In this document: one piece after another, positions 11,703 to 21,700 of the stretch
Layout: the number at the start of each line of letters is the position of its first letter
Numbering within the stretch: the first letter of the stretch is position 1
DNA from: Fidelibacterota bacterium
GTDB lineage: Bacteria; Fidelibacterota; Fidelibacteria; Fidelibacterales; DSDE01
Direction: 5' to 3'
Assembly: GCA_046735395.1 (NCBI GenBank)
Contig: JBJKQR010000062.1
Span: 4,800 to 68,799, forward strand
DNA: 64,000 nucleotides
Translations under genes and position numbers: made by a program
Notes under the pieces: model-generated
What the model was told of the DNA's origin: nothing
Database searches by the model: none
The model's input: only the letters and a program-made list of their open reading frames with translations

Positions 11703-12980
11703 ATGGCAATGATAATAAGATTCAGGAACTTCATCCCCGTACTCGGATTGATCTGCGCTTCATTTCTCGGCGCGCAGGACAAGGCGGAATGGATTCCTCA
11801 CCGCAATTATACGATTCTCGATTCACTGGACAAGGTGACAGAGCAGCGTGAAGCGGCGGCTGACTCGCTGACCAAGTCCATCCGGGACCGGCAGGATGCC
11901 GAAAAAAAAGCCCGCAAGGATAAACGTAAATCCTTTGTGGCAAATTTTAAAAATGTAAAAAAGCCCTCCGGCCCGAGTGAATTCATGCGGCAGTTTGCCT
12001 TTCCCCCCGTTGCCCAGTACGAATCGGGAATGTGCTGGTGCTTTTCCATGACCTCCTTCATCGAATCGGAGATGTACCGCCTGCATGGCGACAAGATCAA
12101 ACTGTCGGAGCTGCACACGGTCTACTGGGAATATGTGGAAAAGGCGCGGCGCTATATCCGCGAACGCGGTGAGTCGGCCTTCGGAGAAGGATCGGAGAGC
12201 AATGCCGTTCTCCGCATCATGGCCCTGCACGGAGCCGCACCGGCCTCCGCCTATACCGGATTGCTGGCGCCTGACACCTGCCATAACCACGTCATGCTGT
12301 TCAATGAACTGGAATCCTACCTGCACTATTGCCGGGACACCGATATATGGGACGAAAATACCGCCATCACCGGCGTGAAAAGCATTCTCAACAAGTATCT
12401 GGGCACACCGCCGGAACACTTCGAATTTCAGAATAAAAGCTATACGCCTCAGGAATTTTTTACATCGGTCGTGAAACTGAGTTCCGATGATTATATCGAC
12501 GTCATGTCCTCCACTTCCCTGCCCTTCTACAAGTTCGGGCTCTTCGATGTCCCGGACAACTGGTGGCGCGACTCCAGCTATTACAATATTCCCCTGGACG
12601 AATGGGTCAGCCTGCTGCAGCGTCTCTGCAAGAATGGTGTGACCACCTGCATCGGCGGAGACGTGTCCGAACCCGGGTATTACGGGGAGGAAGATGCGGC
12701 CTTTATTCCGGATTTTGATATTCCGTCCCCGCTCATCTCCCAGGACGCACGGGAATACCGCATCCGGAACGGCAGCACGGAGGACGACCACGGGATCCAC
12801 CTCATCGGCAGCTGCCGCAAGGCCGGCCACGACTGGTACCTCATCAAGGACAGCTCCCAGGCCGGCAGGCTCGGAAAATTCACGGGATACCTCATGTATC
12901 GCGATGACTATGTCAAACTCAAAATGCTGTCCTACTCTGTTCCCCGCGACATGATGAAGGATCTGCTGAAAAAACAGTGA
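11703..12980 (+). CDS. Secreted papain-fold (C1B, aminopeptidase C / bleomycin-hydrolase-like) cysteine peptidase
   Basis: 425 aa with a signal-like N-terminus (FIPVLGLICASFLGAQ). Catalytic Cys context QYESGMCWCFSMTSF, His context DDHGIHLIG, then WYLIKDSSQAG (compare ENSWG in PepC). The family call is from motif memory only. Confidence 0.65.
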   Translation: MAMIIRFRNFIPVLGLICASFLGAQDKAEWIPHRNYTILDSLDKVTEQREAAADSLTKSIRDRQDAEKKARKDKRKSFVANFKNVKKPSGPSEFMRQFAFPPVAQYESGMCWCFSMTSFIESEMYRLHGDKIKLSELHTVYWEYVEKARRYIRERGESAFGEGSESNAVLRIMALHGAAPASAYTGLLAPDTCHNHVMLFNELESYLHYCRDTDIWDENTAITGVKSILNKYLGTPPEHFEFQNKSYTPQEFFTSVVKLSSDDYIDVMSSTSLPFYKFGLFDVPDNWWRDSSYYNIPLDEWVSLLQRLCKNGVTTCIGGDVSEPGYYGEEDAAFIPDFDIPSPLISQDAREYRIRNGSTEDDHGIHLIGSCRKAGHDWYLIKDSSQAGRLGKFTGYLMYRDDYVKLKMLSYSVPRDMMKDLLKKQ

Positions 12981-13040
12981 TTATAATAACCCGGACTTTT
13001 CGGTTCTGCGGAAAGATCTGCCTGGGGAAATTGTTGGCGG

Positions 13041-13465
13041 GTTAGTGCGTTAAAGCGTTAATGCGTTAATGCGTTGATGAGTTGACGAGTTGACGAGTAG
13101 ACGAGTAGATGGGGAAGAAGCGGAACTCTCCGCGTCCATAGAATTTCGCCACTCGTAAACCAGATTGCGCTGCGGATCAGGTCCGCAGTGACAGTCCACA
13201 ATGACAGAAGGACACGCGCAGGGAGGCGAAGGCGAAGGCTAAGGTTGAGGTTGAGGAAGAAACGAGAAATTGCCCTGCTGTAAAAGCCGGCGATCCCGGG
13301 AATATCAACTTGTAATCTTGTGGGGCTGTTTCAGGAGCCGGGAACCGGCGCAAGCTTCAAACTTCCGGCTTCCAGCTTCATGCTTGCTGCGTCGAAGACG
13401 GGCTACTCGATACTCGATACTCATTACTGTCGAAGCGAAACGAAGACGGGCTACTCGCTACTGGC
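13041..13465. repeat. Cluster of four short degenerate ('drifting') tandem arrays in a 500-nt non-coding gap between convergent genes
   Basis: Period 8, 13041-13112: GTTAGTGC GTTAAAGC GTTAATGC GTTAATGC GTTGATGA GTTGACGA GTTGACGA GTAGACGA GTAGATGG. Period 6, 13225-13260: GGCGAA GGCGAA GGCTAA GGTTGA GGTTGA GGAAGA. Period 7, 13354-13388: GCTTCAA ACTTCCG GCTTCCA GCTTCAT GCTTGCT. Period 7, 13403-13430: CTACTCG ATACTCG ATACTCA TTACTGT. There is also a perfect 17-bp direct repeat CGAAGACGGGCTACTCG at 13393-13409 and 13441-13457, and a hairpin CTGCGGA-TCAGG-TCCGCAG at about 13170-13188. Confidence 0.8.
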
Positions 13466-13480
13466 GTAGCTTCAGCCTTC

Positions 13481-14242
13481 CTATCCGTCCTCCCCGAAAA
13501 GGGATATCTGGGTCACAGGCGTATCGGGCTCGTCCGGCACTGCGTTATACAGTTTTCCGTCCAGCAGACGTCCGTTCTCATGTTTTTCCCGCCAGATGCC
13601 GTCGGGCCCCCGGCTTCCCCACTGCCGGAAAGTGAATGCGATGCCGTCCCGTTCACAGAGATCCCGGATATTCAGCACCCAATCCTTTTTCATCCTCCGG
13701 GCTTTCGGGCCGCTTTCGCCGCCGACCAGAACCCAGTGAATCCCGGTCAGATCCGGAGTTCCTATATCCTCCAGCAGCGGTTCCACCGACAGGAAGCGGA
13801 CAGTCGCCGCCACCTGACGAAGCTCATCAATGCGCGGCAGTCCATGGCGGATATTCTCGACAGTAACGCCCAGCCAGAGATTCCTCGGAATCTCCCGGGT
13901 TTTGAAATAGTCCTTCATTCGGGATGCACGTTTGGTCAGCATCTGGAACAGGTGCCGGGGCGTACGCCGGATAACATCCAGAATTTCATCTAAAAAGGCA
14001 TCGGGCATGGCCTCATGAAATACATCGCTCATGGATGACACAAAATACCAGGTCGGGCTTTTCCGTTTCAGCGGAAGCTGCAGGCGATCCGGATGCAGGG
14101 AGAATTCAAACCCATTTTCGTAGCCCGGGGCGCCCATTTTCTTCAGCCTGAGCGCAAAGCCTTCAGCATAACAGTTCCGGCAGCCTTCGGAAATTTTGCT
14201 GCATCCGGTCACCGGGTTCCAGGATTCAAATTTTCGCTGCAT
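13481..14242 (-). CDS. DUF5131 / phage Gp37-Gp68 family protein
   Basis: 253 aa. N-terminal three-Cys cluster WNPVTGCSKISEGCRNCYAE, then FVSSMSDVFHE, WLGVTVEN, FLSVEPLLEDI and WVLVGGESGPKARRM. This layout is typical of PF07505 as I recall it. Confidence 0.8.
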   Translation of the reverse strand: MQRKFESWNPVTGCSKISEGCRNCYAEGFALRLKKMGAPGYENGFEFSLHPDRLQLPLKRKSPTWYFVSSMSDVFHEAMPDAFLDEILDVIRRTPRHLFQMLTKRASRMKDYFKTREIPRNLWLGVTVENIRHGLPRIDELRQVAATVRFLSVEPLLEDIGTPDLTGIHWVLVGGESGPKARRMKKDWVLNIRDLCERDGIAFTFRQWGSRGPDGIWREKHENGRLLDGKLYNAVPDEPDTPVTQISLFGEDG

Positions 14243-14289
14243 GGTTCAGGTCACCGGATTTGCGATAAACACGACAAAGTCAGAAATTT

Positions 14290-14859
14290 CTATTCCATCG
14301 CCTTGCGGATATAACGTTTTATATACTCAAAATGATTCCCCACTTCCGTATCCAGATTCGGTGTGGGATCGAAGAGATCCAGATTCAGAATGAATTTCAC
14401 CTTCTGATCGGGGCCGATGATATACAGATCCCTCTGAACAGCATGCCAGGCGATGGCCTGATTCACACCCGGCGCAGGATTCAGCACGGGCAGCGTCATC
14501 CCTTCACGGTCAAAGGGAGCATTGCGGTAGGGATGCACTTCAATATCGATCATGTTCACATTCCGGAAAGCTTCATCCTTCCCGAGAAGCGTATGAATTT
14601 CGTTGAGAGCGCCGAACCGGCGCAGACACTTGCCTCAACCAAGCGATCCGAAATAGACCAGCAGGACCTGGCCCTTATATTGTTCCAGGGTCAGCGTATC
14701 GCCGAAGCTCCCGGAATTCTTGTTGATATTTTTCATTGCAAACGTGGGCAGCGCCGACTTGCGCAGTTCCGGATTAATCATTTTCTGGAAATGGTCAAAA
14801 GCCGGAAGTGCCGACACCAGCATCAGCAGGACGAGTCCCATTTTTCGGATTCGAGTCAT
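14290..14859 (-). CDS. Predicted selenoprotein: secreted thioredoxin-fold (TlpA/AhpC-TSA-like) thiol-disulfide oxidoreductase with a U-G-K-C redox motif. The TGA at 14637-14635 is read as selenocysteine.
   Basis: Track ORFs 14635..14859 and 14290..14559 share one frame (start-to-start offset 300 nt). My read-through is ...EQYKGQVLLVYFGSLG[TGA]GKCLRRFGALNEIHTLLGKDEAFRNVNMIDIEV... with no other stop. The TGA occupies the first-Cys position of the CxxC motif after the beta1 strand. There is a signal peptide (MGLVLLMLVSALPAF), an AGGAG Shine-Dalgarno about 9 nt upstream of the ATG at 14859, and a SECIS-like hairpin downstream. Confidence 0.75.
14602..14639 (-). promoter_or_regulatory. Candidate bacterial SECIS element
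   Basis: mRNA: GUUGAG-GCAAGUGUCU-GCGCCG-GUU-CGGCGC-U-CUCAAC. The lower 6-bp stem (14639-14634 with 14607-14602) contains the UGA. The upper stem is an all-GC 6-bp helix (14623-14618 with 14614-14609) and starts 11 nt after the UGA. The apical loop is G/U-only. Confidence 0.6.
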
Positions 14860-14871
14860 TATTCATTACTC

Positions 14872-15783
14872 CTATATAAGTCCGTATTTCTGTAGATAAG
14901 ACCGGATCAGCGCCAGCAGGGCCGATTCATAAGTCCCGTAGCTCGCAGCGCCCACAACCCATGTACCCGGATCATTGGACAACAGGCCATTGTCAGCATC
15001 AATGCGGTCACAGTGCTGCTGCGCCAGATCGAAAAGTCCCTTGTTATAGCAGGCCAGCGCCAGAATCGTCCGCAGGCGTTCGGGATAAATAATATCCGGA
15101 ATCACCGTACTACCGTAGGCCGAGTCCGCCTTGAAAAGCCTGTTCAGATCATCCAGGCATCCGTCATAATTTTCCGATTGGAGAAAGTAGAGAGCTCTCC
15201 CGGCCAGTGCGTCATAATTATTCCGGTTTATGGCCAGGGCCTGATCCAGCGCATCATAGGCATCTGCAGGATAGAGGTCCAGCAGCAGTCCGGACCAACC
15301 CAGACCGCAGAGCGCGTCATCCGAATATTTCCGCAGGGCAGCGGCAGCAAAAAAAGCGTCGTAGGCGGACCAGTAATCACTGCCATTCAGAGCTGACCAG
15401 CCACGGGACAGGTAATCCTCAAAGGAAAATAATTTCTGATAATTCTGGGGTGTCCGGAATTCGTAGATCGCCGAGCTCACTTTCCCTGAATAGAATTCGG
15501 ACGCGCTGCTGACCCGATAATACCACAGCGTATCGGCGCTCAGATAATTGAGCGGCACCTCATGAAGCTGCCGTTCCTCCGCCAGCACCGTGTCCCGCCA
15601 GGTCTTCTGATCCTGAGAATACAGAACCCGCGAATTTGCCGGAACATTCGTCTCCCAGACAATGGTCACATGAGCCAGTTCATCAATACTCACATCCGGC
15701 CCGGAACTGATCCTCACATCCGGAATCTTCGGCTGACAGCCCAGCAGAAAAAGACTCATGAAAAGGGGAAGATATGCTTTCAT
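14872..15783 (-). CDS. Lipoprotein with an N-terminal FN3/PAP-N-like beta domain and a C-terminal TPR-like helical domain
   Basis: 303 aa. Lipobox LFLLGC. The beta-sandwich-like segment is HVTIVWETNVPANSRVLYSQ...LWYYRVSS...YEFRTP. The alpha-helical half is rich in Y/A/L/D repeats. Its ATG overlaps the upstream stop (ATGA at 15783-15780). Confidence 0.7.
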   Translation of the reverse strand: MKAYLPLFMSLFLLGCQPKIPDVRISSGPDVSIDELAHVTIVWETNVPANSRVLYSQDQKTWRDTVLAEERQLHEVPLNYLSADTLWYYRVSSASEFYSGKVSSAIYEFRTPQNYQKLFSFEDYLSRGWSALNGSDYWSAYDAFFAAAALRKYSDDALCGLGWSGLLLDLYPADAYDALDQALAINRNNYDALAGRALYFLQSENYDGCLDDLNRLFKADSAYGSTVIPDIIYPERLRTILALACYNKGLFDLAQQHCDRIDADNGLLSNDPGTWVVGAASYGTYESALLALIRSYLQKYGLI

Positions 15784-18700
15784 TTGAGTACCATGATTTT
15801 ACGGGAGCTGACGCTGCCCTCGTTTTGCAGTTGCAGAAAATATATGCCCGACGAAACATTTTCACCATTCAGGCTTCGGGCATCCCAGGCCGCCCGGTAA
15901 ATGCCCGCTTCCATCATCGTATCACGCAGAATGGCCACCCTTCGGCCCAGAATATCATAGACAATGATCTTCACATGGCCGGGATGGGCAACTGTGAAGC
16001 TGAACTCGGTGCGTCCGTTGAAAGGATTGGGATAATTGGGATTGAGAATGGATTTGTCAGGCAGGATCTGTTTTCCGGATTTGGACAACCGGAAGCTGTA
16101 ATTTCCGCTGCGCTCCACCGGTGCCGAGAGTGTATTTTCTTTCGAATGGTACCGGGTGGGAAGCTCGACCCATCCGCTGTCCGTTTCCTGGATGAAGACA
16201 AAATGATTCAGAATCTCCGGGGGCAGTCCCAGTCTGTCGGCACTGGTCTGAATCGTCAGAAAATCCGCCGTCTTCATCCCGTAGGGTTGAATGGAATAAA
16301 CCCGGTTCAGATCCTGTCGAACCGGTGCACTGCGCTGATTTTCACCAAGGCTGAGCAGCAGATTTTCGGGGGCATTGTTATAAATAAGGTCAATGCGTCC
16401 ATCCGCACTGTTCAGGCTTCCGGCCGTATTGGCGGCTATCTGCAGACTCTGGACGACACAGCTGTCACGACGGATATTCTCGCTGAGATCCACACCCTGA
16501 AATATGATTTCATCAATGGATTTCATGCCCATGGACAGACGCGTCCTGTACACATTATAGAGGCGGTCGGCCAGATCCAGACTGAAGGATTTGCCATTAA
16601 TGCGGGCATACATGTTCTCCATGATTTCTCCGGGAAAGACATAGAGATCACAGGCATTTTTCCTGAATGGTACCGGCATGAGGGCATAATGAAAATCGGA
16701 AACGGACGAATCCTTCACCGTTTCCACGCTCAGGCTGTAGGAATTCTGCCGGTCGGTGGATACAGTCGTTTCGAGAATCGGATCCGAACGGAGATCGGAG
16801 GCCAGCACATCGCCGGCGCTGTTCCGGACGGAGATGCGGATATTCCCGGGAAAGGCGCTGGGGTTTTTCAGCTGCAGTTTCCATGTCCGCGATGGAATGC
16901 CCCGGTTCCAGATCGTAAACTTCCAGTCCCGGACGCTGAGGTCAGAATTTTTCAGGTCGTAATTGAGTTTATACCCGGGTGTATCGAAGTAGAGGGCGAC
17001 GAATTTATCCCGGTTCGGTTCAAAATACAGCGCATCGCGCGTATCGTATCCGCCACGGGCGGCCTCATCAATTCCGAAACGGTTGTTCTCCGTCGTGTAG
17101 CGCATATCCGGCGACGAGACACTGAGAAGCCCGACCCAGCGATTTGTCAGTGAAATGGTTTCATTCCGGCTGTAGCTGCCCAGCGTCTCACCGCTGGGCG
17201 AAATTTTCGGAATGGCGGCCGAAACCTGTTTGCCGAAGGCTTCCCTGTCATATATTAGTTTGATGGGCAGAGAGGAATGATTCACCACCCAGTATCCCTC
17301 CCAGGTGGAAATGGTGTCCCGGTCATACCAGGAATCCACAACCGGGTCTACCGGATAGTAGGCGGATTTTTCCGATTCCCAGACATAGGCATAGGAATTC
17401 ACCCAGCCGGCCGCGGCCGCTTCGGCAATGGACAGGGTATCACCGCTCTGAGCCACTCTCACATTATTCCAGCGGATCATGCTTTCGAAGGGATTGGCCA
17501 CAAGATTCATGGACGAGCTCAAACCCGGCTGAGGCAGTTCCAGAGGATATCCGAAGGGCGTGATCACCGCCGAGCCACGGAATTTCAGGGTGACACTGGG
17601 CTGCAGATGCTGGGCAATGATGAAGCCCCGGCCCGGTTCAAAGGGCTGAAATCCGGCCGGATCCTCGCTGAAATAATTATAGCTGGAATCGATGGCGTTA
17701 TAATTGATGAGATTCCAGGTATAGGAGGTATCACTGGGAACCTGGCCGTCAATATCATCTCCCACCACGGACATGGGGCTGCCGTCGGCAGCGACAGCCG
17801 GGATGCCGATGAGCTTCCAGATATCCTTCGGCAGGGACGTGGAGGCCGATACCGTATCTCCCGAACAGGCGGAGCAGTATGACAGCGTATCCTTGTATAT
17901 GTCCTCCACATGGTCGATGATCAGGGCGGATGAATACAGCGCCACATTGTCCATGTAGCCGGTAAAATGATTGGAATAGCTGGAGCTCCCGGTCTGCAGG
18001 GCACCCAGAATGACAGGATTGCTGTTGGGAAGAATTGTCTCGCTGATGGGATTATTATTGGCGGCGTAGAGGCCATTCACGTACAGGTAGCGTTTCAGCG
18101 GATCCGTATTGTAGGTCACCACGATATGATTCCAGGTATTCTCATTCAGAATAATATTCGTATCCCAGGGCTGGTCATTCACCTGCCACAGAACAGAATT
18201 GTCACTGTCTACGGAAAGAATGAAACCCGTATCGGCCGGATAGCCCTTGGAAACCAGAGTCCGGACCGTATTCCCCGGAGAGATGTAAACCCACAGGGCA
18301 ATGCTCATGGAATTCTGAAAATTCAGGAGTGTATTATCGGGAATGACGATATCATCGTCCCCTTCGAACTGCGCAGATCTGCAGATTTTATTCACGGCCA
18401 GCTGGGGCTGAACATTGACCGAATAACCATCCAGATAATTGATGGTATAATCCTTCACTTCATCCACGCTGCCGTCGTAGCTGCAGCGGTCAAAGCGCCA
18501 GTCGGCCGTTTTCGGGGGAAGAGCCGCCGAACCGCAGACGGGACACAGGCCCAGCACATCCTGATAGATATCGAGAATCTGGTTATCCGTCAGCGCCGAA
18601 CCGTAGATCCTCATATCATCCAGAGAACCCCAGAAGAAGGAATTTTCATCCGTATCCGTGATCCGGCTCCGGCCGATGATCAGGCGTTCATCCCAGTACG

Positions 18701-21700
18701 GAAGATAAGGAATATCATTATTGGCGTTCAGGTTCACGCCCGGTACGCGCTGGCCGTCAATATAGATGGCAAGAATATTACTTTCGTGCTCATCATAAAC
18801 CGCTGATATGTGATACCACTTGCCTGTCTGTGCCTTCCAGTGGGGATAGCTGTATTTCTTGATATAGGCATCGTCCCGGTAAACCCAGAACTGCAGACTC
18901 GAATCAGCCGCCACATATTTCAGGTCAAAGACATGATTGGTATTTTCCTGGGCATCATCATCATAATGAAATTGCCGCACAATGTGGCCATCCCGGTCCA
19001 GCCGGTCAAAATTGATCCAGGCGGCAACCGTCAGCTCATTCTTTCCGCCTAAAAAATTAGACGGCTCAGTCTGCATATAATCCAGATTCCCGTCGAAAAC
19101 GGCCCGGCGGCAGACTTTTCCCGTATCCAGATAGCAGTCAGACAGGTTACCGATGGACGCGTGAAGATTTACCACATCCGCATTGTCCTTCACCTCTCCA
19201 TCCTGATGTATGTAATTGCATTCATCGAATTTGTAATAGACCAGCAGTTCAATATTGCCGCAGTCCTCGGTGCAGGGATGAACATCGGTGACCAGCGCGT
19301 CAATCTCATTTTGAGTGAGGGCGTAATCATATATTCGGACCTCGTCCATCCCGCCCTTGAGATAACGGTGAATCGACGGCCGGTATCTGCCCATGAAAAT
19401 ACGACCGGCCCTGTCGCGGAGATGAGTAAAGGTTCCGGTTGATTTGACGGGAGCCTGTTTTTGGATTCCATCCAGAAAAACCTGAATTTTTTCCGTCCGG
19501 TACTTGTAAAAGGTGATGGCGATATGATACCATTCGCCGGGGTTGGGAACCCAGCGGAAATTGGCGTTGTAATAATTCTGATCATCGGAATAGACATAGG
19601 TGCGCAGCTCATTATTGATATAATCAATCATAAAGGTTGGCTGAATGGTCTCCGTCGTGTCTCCCATGACCATGACGGTCTGGTTGCCGCTGACACCCAG
19701 CGAATCGAAGCGGATAAAAAAGCTGGTGCTCATGGCATCCTTGCCGGCCAGGATGGTCGTGGGATCCGTAAACAGCCAGTCGTTCACACCATCAAACTTT
19801 GCCGCGTTACAGACCTGTCCCGACCAGGTGGTCATATCATGAAGAGCCGTCGCATTCAGGGAAATACTGGCTTCATTCTGAGCCTGTTTCGTCGGAGGGG
19901 AAAACCAGTGACATTCATCCATTTTCCAGTAGGAAGACGGTGAGCAGTCATTATAAAAGCGATAGGTACCGGTAAAATTCTTTCCGGCCACGAAATTATT
20001 ATACATCTGGCTGATGGACAGTTCATCCAGCAGAGAGGAAAAAACAATGCCTTCATCCATACTGCCCACGAAGGGATTGGTCCCGGCCGTATTATCGGCC
20101 TTCCCGAAGATCAGTGAGGAAATATTGACCAGCTGCGGCGAGCGGTCGTTATAGGTATCTCCGCTGATCTGCCCGTCCACATAACAGTAATGAAAGGTTC
20201 TGCGCCGACGGGTATCATAGTTCCGGGCCCAGACAACCTGATGCCACTGATCCAGGCTCAGCGCGCCCACCGGGAACTGAAAATCCTTTATGACAGTCCG
20301 TTCACCATCGAAATAGGTCCGGATGGTCCGTGTATCCAGCAGGCTCATGACCATCTGATCCGTGCTGCCGTTATTCCCGCAGAAAATCACATTGTTATTG
20401 GCTTCCGATGGCTTGATCCAGATGGTGAAGGTATAATCGTAGACGCCATTCAGCGTATCAAAATTATCAATACTCACATAGTCGCCCGCAGAGAAGGACA
20501 GGGCACGGTTCAGGACCGCATTCCCCGCCGCGTCAGCCGTATCAAGCTGAACCGTACCGAAGCCGGTGCCATAGAAGCGATGACTGGTCGTTTTCGTCAC
20601 CTGATTGACAGCTTCATCGGGACGGTTGTCCCAGCCGCATTCGTCAAAACGCCAGTTGGACACGATACCGCAGTAGCCGCAGTCTCTCTGGGTCCCGTCA
20701 TAATTCTGTCCGTTCAGTGAATTCTGGTACATCTGCATGACTTTTTCATCGGTGATGGGAAAATTCCAGAGAGCCACTTCATCCATCAGCCCGTCATAGA
20801 GGCCGTAACCGACGGAGCCACCGGTCGTCCCCAGATACATATTGATATTCGAGACCTGATGGATTCGGGATCCGAAATCCTTCTCCGCCACCTTGACACC
20901 ATCCATATAGATTCGTTTATAATTGGCATCTGAGGAAAAGACCATGTAATGCCATTCGTTCAGGGTGGCCGGATAGGTCGGCAGATTCGGGTTTGACTGG
21001 GCATCCGGACAGTCGGGTGTCGGATCCCACTCGTCATTGGTGGTCTGAAATACCCATTGCCCGTTATGCAGGGCAATTTCATAACACATCATGGAGAAAG
21101 GCCCGGCCGGGTCATTACAGTTGAGAAAGGCTTCATTCAGTGAGAGGAGCCAGCTTTTCACCGCATCCCGCGGATTCACCCACATGGAAATGGCGATCTG
21201 GTCATACACCATGTTGAAACGGTCATCGAAGGGAATACTGATATAGGGCGCGGCGGTAAAATCCGCCCCCTTGCACAGCGCCCCGTCATCACCGGGCTGA
21301 ATGTTGTTTATGGGCGTCCCGTTCAGGCCATTGGGGCCCGAGTCCTTCACATCCGGGGATCCGCTGGTCCACTGACATTCATCAAATCGCCATTCGGCCA
21401 GAGGCGGACAGTCGACACAGATCCGGGGAGACCCGTCGTAATTCTTATTCTGAATCTCATACCCATATATTTTCGAGATCTGGCTTTCCGAAAGCGGAGC
21501 CTTGAAAACCATGATATCATCGATTTTCCCATTGAAATCATTGATGAAGGATGTTCCGCTCTTTTCAGAGCCCACATAGAGATTTTCACCGGTCTGATCA
21601 AGGGGATCGGTGTTGTAGATGGCAATGCTGTCCAGCAGTCCGTTGATAAAAACTCGCTTGTAGTATCCGTCATAGGTCACGGCCACATGGGTCCAGACAT

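Noticed and set aside
13165-13200. A GATCAGGTCCGCAG segment reminiscent of the SRP (4.5S) RNA CAGGUCCGG core.
   Set aside because: The flanking conserved GGAAGGAAGCAGCC and the symmetric-loop partner are absent. This is only a short chance similarity inside a simple hairpin.
13041-13465. The possibility that the repeat cluster is a CRISPR array or a degenerate one.
   Set aside because: The units are 6-8 nt with no spacers. There are no repeats in the 24-48-nt class and no cas genes in the window.
13270-13635. A 121-aa + strand ORF spanning the repeat region and entering the DUF5131 gene antisense.
   Set aside because: The translation (…RRRRATRYSILITVEAKRRRATRY…) merely reflects the tandem repeats. 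It has no ribosome-binding site and it overlaps a real gene on the other strand.
14560-14634. An alternative reading of the 74-aa and 89-aa ORF pair as a nonsense-mutated pseudogene or as two separate small genes.
   Set aside because: There is only one stop. It sits exactly at the redox Cys position and a GC-rich hairpin follows at SECIS distance. The downstream 'ORF' has no ribosome-binding site of its own and begins mid-domain. A pseudogene or sequencing error (TGC to TGA) cannot be fully excluded without reads or the sel genes.
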